This document shows, piece by piece, positions 1 to 9,303 of a DNA stretch of 64,000 nt. Where the stretch lies: the sequence record OZ413487.1. One strand, 5' to 3'. A program made the position numbers and the translations under genes. How positions within the stretch are numbered: position 1 is the stretch's first letter; each line of letters begins with the position of its first letter. This DNA comes from a phage. Below the pieces are notes generated by a model, which saw only the letters and a program-made list of their open reading frames with translations, made no database searches and was not told the origin of the DNA.

Positions 1-422
1 TCTGGACCCGATCTAAACACTCTTTACTTAATGCATACCAACAAAATGGCGGTGCATCGTTGTGTGACTTAGTTGGAATACTCATGCACCACCAGATGGT
101 GAAGCGTGGGTGGTACGATGAAGGTGTTCGTCGTATTATTTATTACCATAAATAACATTGTGGCTTCATAGAGTAATCTATGTCGAATAACCTCTTTAAC
201 TGCGGGAAGCCTAAACCTTATGGCAAGGTAATCCGCAACGAAGCGCTCAAAAGAGCGAACGCTCAGAGGCCATTCCGAAAGGAAGTAGACCAGCAAGTGC
301 GGTCGAAATGGGAGGATTCCTGTGGTTGCTTATCATAGGAATATGAGATGGTCCGATCCTACGTGAAAACGTATGGCTATGCACGTAATGGTGCGGGGTA
401 GCTTAACGACCTACCTGAACTA

Positions 423-779
423 TTGGATGAGTACCAACTTCAAGTGCCTGACACACCGAAGTATAAGACTGTGTACACCTTCGACACAATTGAAGAACTG
501 GAAGCATTTAAGGCAGAGCAGGAAGCCAAACTTCATGTGTTCGACGGTCATAAGTACAAAAAGGCACGCAAGGATGAGGACGGAAACGAAGTGGTTGACA
601 GAGACGGAAACACGGTGTACGATCCTATCCTGAACGATGACGGAAAGCTTGAACTTATCTGGAGCCCTGTGGGTGAAATGGTGGTACATTGCTTCTGGCA
701 AGCTTCTAAAATGATGGGAGTCCCGTTCCAGATCACAGGTGAATACTTGTGTGGTCGTAATTGGGGTGATTGTCACTAA
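423..779 (+). CDS. hypothetical protein
   Basis: 118-aa track ORF; TTG start, no clear SD; protein-like composition. Confidence 0.3.
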   Translation: MDEYQLQVPDTPKYKTVYTFDTIEELEAFKAEQEAKLHVFDGHKYKKARKDEDGNEVVDRDGNTVYDPILNDDGKLELIWSPVGEMVVHCFWQASKMMGVPFQITGEYLCGRNWGDCH

Positions 780-828
780 TGTAAACTATCAACACATGGA
801 AGTGTTGTTGAGCAAAGAGGAGACTTTT

Positions 829-1113
829 ATGGTAGTAGAACCAACAAAAACATTTACATCCATGACTATCCCTGTTATTATGCAGGTGGAGTGTGTTCAG
901 GTATCTCAAGTGTGGCCTGGCACCAAAATCCCAACAGGGCCTGATTTCTTTCAGGTTGGGAAAGTGTACAATGTCTGGAAGGCACCAGATTGTTACCCTT
1001 TCATTAAAGATGACCGTGGGATGCTGTGGTACCTTGGAAATGACTTGACACTGCACCTTGGGAATACTATTATTGCAGTATTCAGACTTAACAAGAAGGA
1101 GACCGATCAATGA
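829..1113 (+). CDS. hypothetical protein
   Basis: Start trimmed to ATG 829 after GAGGAG SD (track ORF 739..1113, same frame). Confidence 0.5.
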   Translation: MVVEPTKTFTSMTIPVIMQVECVQVSQVWPGTKIPTGPDFFQVGKVYNVWKAPDCYPFIKDDRGMLWYLGNDLTLHLGNTIIAVFRLNKKETDQ

Positions 1114-1337
1114 CGACTTTGGTTAAAGCTACCTTTGTAGAAGAAAAGATGACAGACCTGTCATTCTTTAAAGAAGGAAAGACCTACGAGGTTTATTACG
1201 ATAAAGCTCGTGCAAACAAAATGATTAAAGACGAGGAAGGGGTTGCCTGGTATATCTCTCACCTGGCAAACGGTGAGTATCATATCTACGGAACCACTTT
1301 GCTTGCCAAGTTTGTAGTTGTTGAAGAGGACCTATGA
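1110..1337 (+). CDS. hypothetical protein
   Basis: 75 aa; AAGGAG SD; start overlaps upstream stop (ATGA coupling). Confidence 0.55.
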   Translation: MTTLVKATFVEEKMTDLSFFKEGKTYEVYYDKARANKMIKDEEGVAWYISHLANGEYHIYGTTLLAKFVVVEEDL

Positions 1338-1528
1338 AAGTAAAGTATCTTGCTGAAGGTATGAATAGGTATTTTACCCTTGGTGAAGAATATTGGCCCT
1401 TTACAAACAACGGCGATGTCTACGTGAAAGATAATTTCGGCACGCCGTGGTTTCTGCACTCTAATGGGCTGGGATACTCCATTTACTGCGGTGCAGTGAA
1501 CAACACAACTCTTGCAGAGTTCGTTTAG
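1334..1528 (+). CDS. hypothetical protein
   Basis: 64 aa; GAAGAGGA SD; start overlaps upstream stop. Confidence 0.5.
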   Translation: MKVKYLAEGMNRYFTLGEEYWPFTNNGDVYVKDNFGTPWFLHSNGLGYSIYCGAVNNTTLAEFV

Positions 1529-1538
1529 AGGAGGTAGG

Positions 1539-1910
1539 ATGTTAGTAAAAGGTACCCACACAGTCAAACAACGTATTGAAGTTGAGATTGATGATTGTGA
1601 GCTGAAGCATATTTTACGGTCATGCTCCAACGTTTTGCTCCTTAGTATTCTTCAGGAGCGAGCGGAGAACGAGTTCTTAAATGCATTGGCAGGCCGTCCC
1701 GGTGACTTCTGTGTGCGTAAGCGTGGTGACAACAAGTCGTGGTTGTGGGAGATCGATGCCGACTGGGATTACCACAAAAATGAGGGTATAGATGAGCCTA
1801 TTCGTGAACTGACGGACAAAGAGATTCAGATGTACAATGAAGTTTGTCATTGGGCAACACGCCAACAAATTTACCTAGACCCTGTGTGGCTGATTGAAAA
1901 TAGTCGTTGA
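1539..1910 (+). CDS. hypothetical protein
   Basis: Start trimmed to ATG 1539 after GAGGAGG SD (track 1512). Confidence 0.55.
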   Translation: MLVKGTHTVKQRIEVEIDDCELKHILRSCSNVLLLSILQERAENEFLNALAGRPGDFCVRKRGDNKSWLWEIDADWDYHKNEGIDEPIRELTDKEIQMYNEVCHWATRQQIYLDPVWLIENSR

Positions 1911-1986
1911 CAAGAAGTAAGGCTAGATGTAAGATACTCCCCACAAACAGAGTATTGATTGTTAAATAATTAAGGAGACCTCTAAG

Positions 1987-2241
1987 ATGAAAATCATGTT
2001 GAAACCAGAATGCGTTGCAAACGACCGAGCTTTTAAAGATTGCACACTTGGCGCTACTTATGAAGCAGAGTTTTGTGAGAACCCTTTGGTAAAAGCCCTT
2101 TTGGAAGAAGGGGCCCCTCTATCACAAGAAGAGCTTGATGAGCTGGAAAACTCAGCACAGTGCCTTACCTTTAAAGATGATGAAGGAGACTCTGTCTGGT
2201 GCACTGTTAATGAAGTAGTTTTTGTAAAACCTGAACATTAA
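1987..2241 (+). CDS. hypothetical small protein (paralog family A)
   Basis: 84 aa; AAGGAGA SD; promoter 1907-1935 upstream; shares AF(K/R)DCT and DxxW-C-T motifs with 2305..2565. Confidence 0.6.
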   Translation: MKIMLKPECVANDRAFKDCTLGATYEAEFCENPLVKALLEEGAPLSQEELDELENSAQCLTFKDDEGDSVWCTVNEVVFVKPEH

Positions 2242-2304
2242 TACTTGACAACAGTGATGGGGCCTAATATAATGGCCCTATCAAAACGAAAGGGGACCAC
2301 AGCA

Positions 2305-2565
2305 ATGACCAAACAATATCAACGAATTAAAGCCAAGGTTAAGCCAGACTATCTGGAGAAAGACTCTGCTTTTCGGGACTGCACAGCCGACAAAGTTTAC
2401 ACAGGGGCTGTCCTGTTGAACGATAAACTTGAAGTAGATGTGCTGGGTAAAGAGGCCGTTATCGAGGATGACAACGGTGACTGGGTTTTCTGCACCACAC
2501 GAGAGCTAGAAGTCTTAGAATATTTCGGTGAAATCTTCAACTCCTTAGACGACGAGGAAGCGTGA
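2305..2565 (+). CDS. hypothetical small protein (paralog family A)
   Basis: Track start 2245 is the -35 TTGACA of a consensus promoter; real ATG 2305 after AGGGGA SD; paralog of 1987..2241. Confidence 0.6.
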   Translation: MTKQYQRIKAKVKPDYLEKDSAFRDCTADKVYTGAVLLNDKLEVDVLGKEAVIEDDNGDWVFCTTRELEVLEYFGEIFNSLDDEEA

Positions 2566-2954
2566 TGAAAAATATTTGGGATATCGATATCTTTGAAGCC
2601 TCTAAGCTTGACGGTGCTGATGGAGTGATTATGGTGTCTGATGGCAAGGCAACACTAACTTCCGGAGATATCATCTATGCCTTGGACGAGCTGGCGCTTC
2701 TGAAATCTACCGGTAACACTTTGGAGGAGCGTCTTCAAGGATTCGCTTTCAAAGAAGGTACAAATACAGCCATGATGTGCACCACACGGACAGTTCAGGT
2801 TGGTAACGGTGTCTATATGATTATTGCTGTGTGTCCTAAATTCAGCAACGTCAACAAAGATGATGCTGACGCGGTCAACGATGTGGTTGTTCTCTTCGTG
2901 GGTGACGCTATGGCAGATCTGATGAATGCAGGAGAAGCAGCAAATGAAGACTGA
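2565..2954 (+). CDS. hypothetical protein
   Basis: 130 aa; ATG overlaps upstream TGA; GAGGAAG SD. Confidence 0.55.
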   Translation: MKNIWDIDIFEASKLDGADGVIMVSDGKATLTSGDIIYALDELALLKSTGNTLEERLQGFAFKEGTNTAMMCTTRTVQVGNGVYMIIAVCPKFSNVNKDDADAVNDVVVLFVGDAMADLMNAGEAANED

Positions 2955-3246
2955 AAACATCACCCCAGCAGGGTTCTTAAAAGTATACCGTGAACTGCTA
3001 TATACTACAGAGGACAGTGTTCTAGAGTATCCAGAATATCTTTTGCTGTATAAGTATCTGCAGGAGGCTGGTGAAAATCTGCCAGTTAGTGCAGAAGGTG
3101 GTCCAAACTGGATATACAGCGCATGGAGAAAGGTTGACATTCTCCCAGACCCAGGTAAAGATATGGTAGTTTGGCAGCTTATCAACAACATCGGGATTCC
3201 AATCTTTGATGAAGCTGTTAAAATCTATTTTGAACTTGACGATTAA
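2944..3246 (+). CDS. hypothetical protein
   Basis: ATG 2944 after AGGAGA SD (track 2926, same frame). Confidence 0.5.
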   Translation: MKTENITPAGFLKVYRELLYTTEDSVLEYPEYLLLYKYLQEAGENLPVSAEGGPNWIYSAWRKVDILPDPGKDMVVWQLINNIGIPIFDEAVKIYFELDD

Positions 3247-3263
3247 TATCAGGAGACCTTAAG

Positions 3264-3509
3264 ATGACTGAAGCAGTTGCTCGCGCAGGACAGAAAGTAC
3301 GTTGTGTTGAAGTAGGTTTTGGTGGCAAAGGGTGTCAAAACTTGACTCAAGGTAAGGAATACGCTGTTATCTCTGGGGGTGGAGACGAAAGTATTGTGTT
3401 CGAGGGCCACATCCTGGATGCTGAAAACTTTGAAATCTTTGACGACGATGGGGACCCGATCACCTGCCTGCTGGACGGGAATTGGGGAACTTTCGAAGTG
3501 ATTGGCTAA
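3264..3509 (+). CDS. hypothetical protein
   Basis: 81 aa; CAGGAGA SD; Gly-rich acidic product. Confidence 0.55.
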   Translation: MTEAVARAGQKVRCVEVGFGGKGCQNLTQGKEYAVISGGGDESIVFEGHILDAENFEIFDDDGDPITCLLDGNWGTFEVIG

Positions 3510-3592
3510 CAAATACCTATTGTAATTTACAGAAGGGGATGCTAAAATAGTGTCTCCTTCTATGTTGTTCAAATAAAATCGGAGATTCCATA

Positions 3593-3958
3593 ATGGAACA
3601 AATGAACGATCAAGCGTCGGTTGCGATGAACGAGCAAGAACAACCTCAAGAATTTTTCTTAGGGTTAAGTAAAGATCAAGTGTCTCTTCTGCTAGTGCTT
3701 TCTTCTTTCATGGGAAGACTTCAGGAGCTTACACAACAGCCAGAGGCTGAACAATTATTCCAGGCTCTGCGTGAAGAAGAAAAATATCGTCGTTTGGACT
3801 ATGCCTTAGGTTGGGTAGCTCAACAACGAGATATGCTGATGGCCCTCTCTGGGACCACAAGTTTTGCAATGGGCCTGTTGGCTCAAGTTCAGGACAAATT
3901 AATTCAAGCAGGGTTTGCACACACGGCAAACACTAACGAAGAACAAGGAGATAAATAA
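3593..3958 (+). CDS. hypothetical protein
   Basis: 121 aa; GGAGA SD; Q/E-rich. Confidence 0.55.
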   Translation: MEQMNDQASVAMNEQEQPQEFFLGLSKDQVSLLLVLSSFMGRLQELTQQPEAEQLFQALREEEKYRRLDYALGWVAQQRDMLMALSGTTSFAMGLLAQVQDKLIQAGFAHTANTNEEQGDK

Positions 3959-5184
3959 TGAGCGTTATTCAACAATTCGCTAACCCGATGAATCCGCGTG
4001 AAACTGTTTTACTAGCTCACGGCATGATTAAACGTGTCAGCATCAAGCCTATCAAAGGTGCTGATCCTACAACAGGTATTAAAACCACTGTGTGGCAAGG
4101 TAAGAAAATTGAATCCAGCCACACCATCTCTTTACTGATTTCTGAACTGGATTCCTCTGATAACCTACTTCAAGGTGGTGAAGAAGTTTGGATCAGTATG
4201 GGCGATAAGCTGCTTAAACCAGGTCATCAAGACTCTGTCTCTGTTAAAATTGATGACAAGTGGGAAACCGTAACGCCAGGATGGATCGTAAATATCCCTT
4301 TGAAGGCAAACGAGCATAACGGTAAGACCTACTACAAAGGCTCACTGGCTAAGATGGTTAAGCTGGGTGCAGGAGAGGCTCCAGCAGCGACTCAGCAGCA
4401 AAAACAGCAACAAGGTGCACAATCACAAGGCCAGAAGCAGAAACCTCAGCAGAATGCCAATCAGGACGTTTTACGCATCTATGGTGATGTGACTCAGATT
4501 GTTGGCAACGTGGTTACTGTTAATGACCACAAGATTGGCGAAGGTGCTATGGTTGTCACTGATGAGCAGCTTAAAGACCTGGTGGTAGGTGGTCGTGTTG
4601 CAGCCATTGTTGACAAAGACACCGGAAACATTATCAGTGGCTTCAAGGCCTATCCTCCTAAGGCAGAGAACGGCACTCAAGGCTCTGGTGGCAAGCGTAA
4701 ATCCTCTTACGACCCTATCGGTGTGGAGACGGGACATAGCATCAATGCGTTGCAGATCATCCTGGATCGCGGGTTTAAGGTGGACGACCCACTAGGCGTG
4801 GCTAAAACACTGCACGTAGTCACCATTGAGCTTAAGAAAGAGTATGCTCAAGCCACCAACCGAACTGAAGATGAAGTAGGTGCCAGTGTCGGCAATGCGG
4901 TGTTGAACGCTTGTCGCCGTATTGACAAGAAAACGAAAGTTGATGATTTTGCAGCGGCAATTACTGCAGAAGCAAAAGATGTCTTGACTAATCTGGCTGA
5001 GCCGTTGTACGATTGGATCAAGAACGGTGCTGGGTCCACTGACCATCAAGAACCTCAAGCTGCCAAACAGGAAGCAGCTCCACAGCAAAACACTGTAGAC
5101 GCTCCTCCTGTAAATGACGAGGAAGATGACCCGATGGATCAGAATCCAGCACAGTATGAGTTCGATGACTCGATCCCTTTCTGA
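3958..5184 (+). CDS. single-stranded DNA-binding protein-like (SSB-type acidic C-terminal tail)
   Basis: 408 aa; AAGGAGA SD; C-terminus ...EFDDSIPF matches the canonical SSB tip (D-D-D-I-P-F); Q-rich linker; OB fold not verified. Confidence 0.5.
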   Translation: MSVIQQFANPMNPRETVLLAHGMIKRVSIKPIKGADPTTGIKTTVWQGKKIESSHTISLLISELDSSDNLLQGGEEVWISMGDKLLKPGHQDSVSVKIDDKWETVTPGWIVNIPLKANEHNGKTYYKGSLAKMVKLGAGEAPAATQQQKQQQGAQSQGQKQKPQQNANQDVLRIYGDVTQIVGNVVTVNDHKIGEGAMVVTDEQLKDLVVGGRVAAIVDKDTGNIISGFKAYPPKAENGTQGSGGKRKSSYDPIGVETGHSINALQIILDRGFKVDDPLGVAKTLHVVTIELKKEYAQATNRTEDEVGASVGNAVLNACRRIDKKTKVDDFAAAITAEAKDVLTNLAEPLYDWIKNGAGSTDHQEPQAAKQEAAPQQNTVDAPPVNDEEDDPMDQNPAQYEFDDSIPF

Positions 5185-5192
5185 GGTCAGTT

Positions 5193-5771
5193 ATGAAATG
5201 CAAACGTTGTGGAGAGGACAAGGAGGCCTCCGACTTCTACACCAGTAACAAATCAACGTGCAAAGAGTGTTGCAAGAAGGCCAGCAGGGAGGCTGACCAA
5301 TTTGCTAAAGACTCTTCAGAAAAAGGTGTAATACGTGTGTTGTACAAGGCTCAAAAGTGCAACAGCAAGCAAAGAGGTCACCCTCCTCCGACTTACACCA
5401 AAAAAGAGTTTAAGGAGTGGCTATACCTTAACGGTTACAAAGAGTTGTATGATCAGTGGGTAGCCAGCGGATACGACAAAAGGAAAAAGCCTTCTTGTGA
5501 CAGGATAGATGATTTCAAAGGGTACTCTTTTGATAATATCCGTTTAACGACTTGGGGAGAAAATAAAGACAAGCAGACAGAGGATATTCTGTTACATAGA
5601 AGCACCAGCGGTAGACGGTGCAAAAATGTAAGGAGGTTGGACATGAATGGTAACGTTCTTAAAGAATGGGTATCTCACAACTCTTGTAGCAGAGAAACCG
5701 GAATATATATTGGTTACTACATTCATGAAAAAATTCCAGCTCCAGATGGATACTTATACGAATACTTTTAA
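5193..5771 (+). CDS. zinc-ribbon protein with degenerate HNH-like segment (possible homing-endonuclease relative)
   Basis: 192 aa; N-terminal CxxC..CxxC; central C-D-R-I-D...N...N spacing resembling an HNH motif with the His replaced. Confidence 0.35.
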   Translation: MKCKRCGEDKEASDFYTSNKSTCKECCKKASREADQFAKDSSEKGVIRVLYKAQKCNSKQRGHPPPTYTKKEFKEWLYLNGYKELYDQWVASGYDKRKKPSCDRIDDFKGYSFDNIRLTTWGENKDKQTEDILLHRSTSGRRCKNVRRLDMNGNVLKEWVSHNSCSRETGIYIGYYIHEKIPAPDGYLYEYF

Positions 5772-5786
5772 CACATAACTAACATA

Positions 5787-5816
5787 GCCCTGCCCGAAAG
5801 GGTGGGGCATTTTTGT
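5787..5816 (+). terminator. rho-independent terminator
   Basis: GC-rich hairpin (gccctgccc-gaaa-gggtggggc) followed by ATTTTTG. Confidence 0.55.
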
Positions 5817-5833
5817 ATAAGGAGATCTGAAAA

Positions 5834-6250
5834 ATGACATTAGAAGATATCATTGTTAAACCTGAGAACTATGACCAATACAACCTGTCAACTCAATCTG
5901 TAGACCTTGGATGCGCCACAGTTAGTGCGTGGCTGGTTAATGGAAAAGAGCTGGACAAGTGCTTAGAAGCTCACATGTCTGTTAACAAGTTTCTGGATGA
6001 AAATACTCACTGGCTTGAGGGTGCTGGAGTATATGCTTCATGGTTGGAGAGCATGGGCTTTGACTATCAATCTGATGAAGGGTGGTGGAGCTATCTGGCT
6101 ATCTGTCCAGAAACACTGCAATGCTTCATGAAATACTCTGAAGATCTTGAGTACCGAGCGGTGGTTGATAGTGCTATTGCCCGTTATAGCCGTAAACCTT
6201 TTTCCCATGACATTAAAACTGTGGAAGAATTTGTTGAAGTTTTCTGTTGA
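5834..6250 (+). CDS. hypothetical protein
   Basis: 138 aa; AAGGAGA SD. Confidence 0.55.
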   Translation: MTLEDIIVKPENYDQYNLSTQSVDLGCATVSAWLVNGKELDKCLEAHMSVNKFLDENTHWLEGAGVYASWLESMGFDYQSDEGWWSYLAICPETLQCFMKYSEDLEYRAVVDSAIARYSRKPFSHDIKTVEEFVEVFC

Positions 6251-6346
6251 CACAGGTTGAAAGGTGTGCAATTATAACTTCATAAAACGGGAGGACGCGA
6301 TGAACGAAGAAAACTGGGATGTATAACTAACAGGAGACCACTGCCC

Positions 6347-6544
6347 ATGATTTATCGAATCCGTGTAAGAGAAGATGCACCAGGCTGTTACTTTGACTGG
6401 CGTGGGTGGTGGTTTCTCCACCCGATGGATGGACTCACAGATAGAATGCTGGATGCTGCCCTTTATACAGATACCGACATAGAATATAATCTTTATCTGA
6501 AGGACGGTATAGATAACGGCCTATTTGAAGCAATTCCTGTGTAA
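6347..6544 (+). CDS. hypothetical protein
   Basis: 65 aa; CAGGAGA SD; promoter-like TTGACA at 6247. Confidence 0.5.
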   Translation: MIYRIRVREDAPGCYFDWRGWWFLHPMDGLTDRMLDAALYTDTDIEYNLYLKDGIDNGLFEAIPV

Positions 6545-6612
6545 GAGACTGCGATAGCCATGTTTTATGATCTTCCTGTAGCACCACCACCTATTGAACC
6601 CGGAGAACCAAG

Positions 6613-7032
6613 ATGATCTATGAAATGCCAAAATTGATCCGTGACGATGCCCAAAACCACACCATTATTATGGGTAAACGCATGAATATCCTTTGCCGTA
6701 ACGATTTCTGTGGTGGAGAATACGTTGCAGACTACTTCGGTGAGAATGGTAAACACCCTGTTCAGTTCTTCCTTGACCATGAGGATAACATTATCTGGGA
6801 GTTTGAAACTGAAGATATCCGCAACCTCTTCATCTTCCTCGGTGTCAAGGTTAAGGCCAATTTCGCAGAAGGTGAGTGCGACGATTGTGGATTTTATGAG
6901 GTGACAGACTTTTATCTCCCGAGTGGCAAGAACCTTTACTATGAGAGTCACTTCGGAAACACCAACATGCCTCAAAGCTGGGAAGAATTTTTCAGTATCG
7001 TAGAAGAGGAGCTGGCATACCGTGATTATTGA
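6613..7032 (+). CDS. hypothetical protein
   Basis: 139 aa; CGGAGAA SD; directly upstream of and overlapping the macro-domain gene. Confidence 0.55.
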   Translation: MIYEMPKLIRDDAQNHTIIMGKRMNILCRNDFCGGEYVADYFGENGKHPVQFFLDHEDNIIWEFETEDIRNLFIFLGVKVKANFAEGECDDCGFYEVTDFYLPSGKNLYYESHFGNTNMPQSWEEFFSIVEEELAYRDY

Positions 7033-7480
7033 TACTGTAAAGGGAGATTTAATCTCCCTTTTTAAGAGCGGTGCTGGTCACCTGATCCACGGTTGTAACT
7101 GCTTCCACACAATGGGTAAAGGTATAGCAAAACAGATTGCCCGTGAGTTCCCTCAAGCATTGGCAGCCGACAAAGAGACGAGACACGGTTGCCTAAGTAA
7201 ACTGGGTGCGTTCTCCCGATGGGAGCACTTATCTCCGATAGGTATTGTCTACGGAATCAATCTGTATACTCAGTTCTACCCAGGGCCTAATGCTGAATAT
7301 TTCTCAATCCTGAAAGGCTTTGAGCTAGTCAATGAGGTATTCAAGGGATCGACTTTACCATTCTACATCCCTAAGATCGGGTGCGGCATAGGCGGTTTGA
7401 AGTGGGAGCACGTAGAGGACGTTATTAACCTCGCCACTTTTGATATAGATATTATCGTGGTGGAGTACAAAGAGTGTTGA
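7022..7480 (+). CDS. macro-domain protein (TARG1/OARD1/DarG-type ADP-ribose hydrolase-like)
   Basis: 152 aa; GTG start overlapping upstream stop; N-terminus GDL..(8)..AGHLIHGCNCFHTMGKGIA follows the TARG1-type pattern GDLF...LAHCIS.DC.MGAGIA. Confidence 0.65.
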   Translation: MIIDTVKGDLISLFKSGAGHLIHGCNCFHTMGKGIAKQIAREFPQALAADKETRHGCLSKLGAFSRWEHLSPIGIVYGINLYTQFYPGPNAEYFSILKGFELVNEVFKGSTLPFYIPKIGCGIGGLKWEHVEDVINLATFDIDIIVVEYKEC

Positions 7481-7533
7481 CAGCTGGCTTTTGAGATGGT
7501 ATAGTCACCACAACGATTGAGAGAGGGAGCACT

Positions 7534-7734
7534 ATGGAGACTAAAATCTTAATTCTGGCTGTGATAGATACGACCGAAGGGGCCGTGTTCGAATCTGCAG
7601 GAGGGTATTTCTACCTGCCCTACGGAAAAAGAACTTCCGAACCGAGTAAAGATTCAATCCTTAAAGTGTTCCCTTGTGCTTTCTGGCTGGAGATTCTGGT
7701 AGAAGATTGCAGAGGATTGGGGAGAGAATTATGA
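7534..7734 (+). CDS. hypothetical protein
   Basis: 66 aa; GAGGGAG SD; promoter 7477-7505. Confidence 0.45.
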   Translation: METKILILAVIDTTEGAVFESAGGYFYLPYGKRTSEPSKDSILKVFPCAFWLEILVEDCRGLGREL

Positions 7735-7925
7735 GAAACAAGAAAGAGCTTTACTCTGGCGAGTGGATCAACGATCAACAGGTCGGAGAGGTAACCTGCT
7801 TCCGATGTTTTACCAGGTACAATCTTAAAACTGCACCAAAAAGTGTTCCAAAGACTGATGGTTATTATATAAAAGAACCTCATTGCCCAAAATGTAAATG
7901 CCGATTGTACTGGAGCAATCTGTAA
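7731..7925 (+). CDS. small zinc-ribbon protein
   Basis: 64 aa; ATG 7731 after GGGGAGAG SD; CxxC...CPKCKC. Confidence 0.45.
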   Translation: MRNKKELYSGEWINDQQVGEVTCFRCFTRYNLKTAPKSVPKTDGYYIKEPHCPKCKCRLYWSNL

Positions 7926-7988
7926 GAGGTTGACATCTGAAAACTGCAGTGTATAATATACGCATAAACTAACAGAGAGCGATGTATT

Positions 7989-8180
7989 ATGGTAATTTTT
8001 AACCGGGATGGTATCATAGTTAGACAGCACCCGTTCCTTGAATACTATCAAATTGAGCAATGGTGCTACGGGGATTGCAGTCACTCCTATGGGCAAAGTT
8101 GGGGATACCGTACAGTTTTTGAATCCACAGACCTTGACAAAGTAAGACAGAAAGTTTTAGAACTTATTAACAACAAGTGA
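7989..8180 (+). CDS. hypothetical protein
   Basis: 63 aa; consensus promoter 7930-7958 upstream. Confidence 0.5.
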   Translation: MVIFNRDGIIVRQHPFLEYYQIEQWCYGDCSHSYGQSWGYRTVFESTDLDKVRQKVLELINNK

Positions 8181-8187
8181 GTATGAT

Positions 8188-8520
8188 ATGGTAACATTAG
8201 AAAGACGTAAAGCTATTGCCGCCACACTGGCAGACATCTTTTGGGATTGTAATTTAAAATCTACCCGAAATTGTGGCGCATCTGTAGATGTATTATTCCC
8301 ACGGCCTACTATTGTTGCAATGGGCAACCTTCTTGATGTGGTATATGGAGCATGGGACAAGGAAGGTGGATTCTATATCTGGCAACCTGACTACGGGACT
8401 TGGAAAGAGGTTAGTGGTTCTACGGACTTCACTCCTGCAGTGGCTAAAATGGATGGCTGGAAAATCTATGTCGGTAACGACATGGAACTGAAAGGCGAAA
8501 TTGTTTACTGGTTACCTTAA
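8188..8520 (+). CDS. hypothetical protein
   Basis: 110 aa track ORF, ATG start. Confidence 0.5.
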   Translation: MVTLERRKAIAATLADIFWDCNLKSTRNCGASVDVLFPRPTIVAMGNLLDVVYGAWDKEGGFYIWQPDYGTWKEVSGSTDFTPAVAKMDGWKIYVGNDMELKGEIVYWLP

Positions 8521-8541
8521 GAGAATGCAGGAGATAAAGTT

Positions 8542-8787
8542 ATGAACAAAGGGTGGACATTTGTAGACGGCGTTAAAAACATGCCTCTAGGAAAGTATAT
8601 TGTAGCCATGGCTGATGAGGATGGCAATGTGGATTTCGGAGCTTGCGAGGTTGTTCTTGCAGGATCTGGTAACTATGTGGACAAAACCGGGATAATTAAC
8701 GGTCAGTTCTACTTTGATCACAACCCTGTTGTAGCGTATATGGCTATGCCAGAGTTTAAGTTCCCAAAGGATGGTGCTGATGTTTAA
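8542..8787 (+). CDS. hypothetical protein
   Basis: 81 aa; CAGGAGA SD. Confidence 0.5.
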   Translation: MNKGWTFVDGVKNMPLGKYIVAMADEDGNVDFGACEVVLAGSGNYVDKTGIINGQFYFDHNPVVAYMAMPEFKFPKDGADV

Positions 8788-8977
8788 GCTTAAATCCGCA
8801 TGGAGCATTGCTGTGGGTGATGAGATCCGTATCCCCGGTGGGAAGACCATTATGAAGATATCTCGTATTGAGTACGAAGGTGACCGTGTATTCCACATCT
8901 TCGCAGAAGATGGTCGAGAAATTTATATACAGGCAGGTTCTCACATTTATATCCGTAAGAAAGGGGACGACAAATGA
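8780..8977 (+). CDS. hypothetical protein
   Basis: ATG 8780 after AAGGATGG SD (track 8771). Confidence 0.45.
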   Translation: MFKLKSAWSIAVGDEIRIPGGKTIMKISRIEYEGDRVFHIFAEDGREIYIQAGSHIYIRKKGDDK

Positions 8978-9303
8978 CAGAAATCATCATTTCAACTGCA
9001 GGGTATGTGTTCCTGACAATCATTGCACTGACTATTTTGGTGACAGTGTATGGGTTTGTTATCCTTCCTATCCTTGAGACATTTAGTTTGTGTCGGTGTT
9101 GGAGAAAAGCTTACGGTCCACAACCATGGAAGGACTGGCCCCACCTGGTGCGCTTAGCGTTCTCTTATGCTTACGATCACTCCAGTAGTGCATGCATAAC
9201 CGGATACCACGCCCACAACTGGAGCTGGGAAGGGTTGAGGAAATGGAATGTTACAAAGACCATACCTCTGCGCATGTACAAACCTAAAAACAAAGACAAC
9301 TGA
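8974..9303 (+). CDS. membrane protein (N-terminal TM helix)
   Basis: 109 aa; AAGGGGA SD; hydrophobic N-terminal segment. Confidence 0.5.
   Translation: MTEIIISTAGYVFLTIIALTILVTVYGFVILPILETFSLCRCWRKAYGPQPWKDWPHLVRLAFSYAYDHSSSACITGYHAHNWSWEGLRKWNVTKTIPLRMYKPKNKDN

Noticed and set aside
69-353. Minus-strand ORF 69-296 and small + ORFs at the window edge (3-152 partial, 180-353)
   Set aside because: None has an SD; the + frames are short and the minus frame is antisense to them; cannot decide which, if any, is real without upstream sequence.
2245-2304. Track start at 2245 for ORF 2245-2565
   Set aside because: The TTG at 2245 is the -35 hexamer of a perfect consensus promoter; the real start is ATG 2305 with its own SD.
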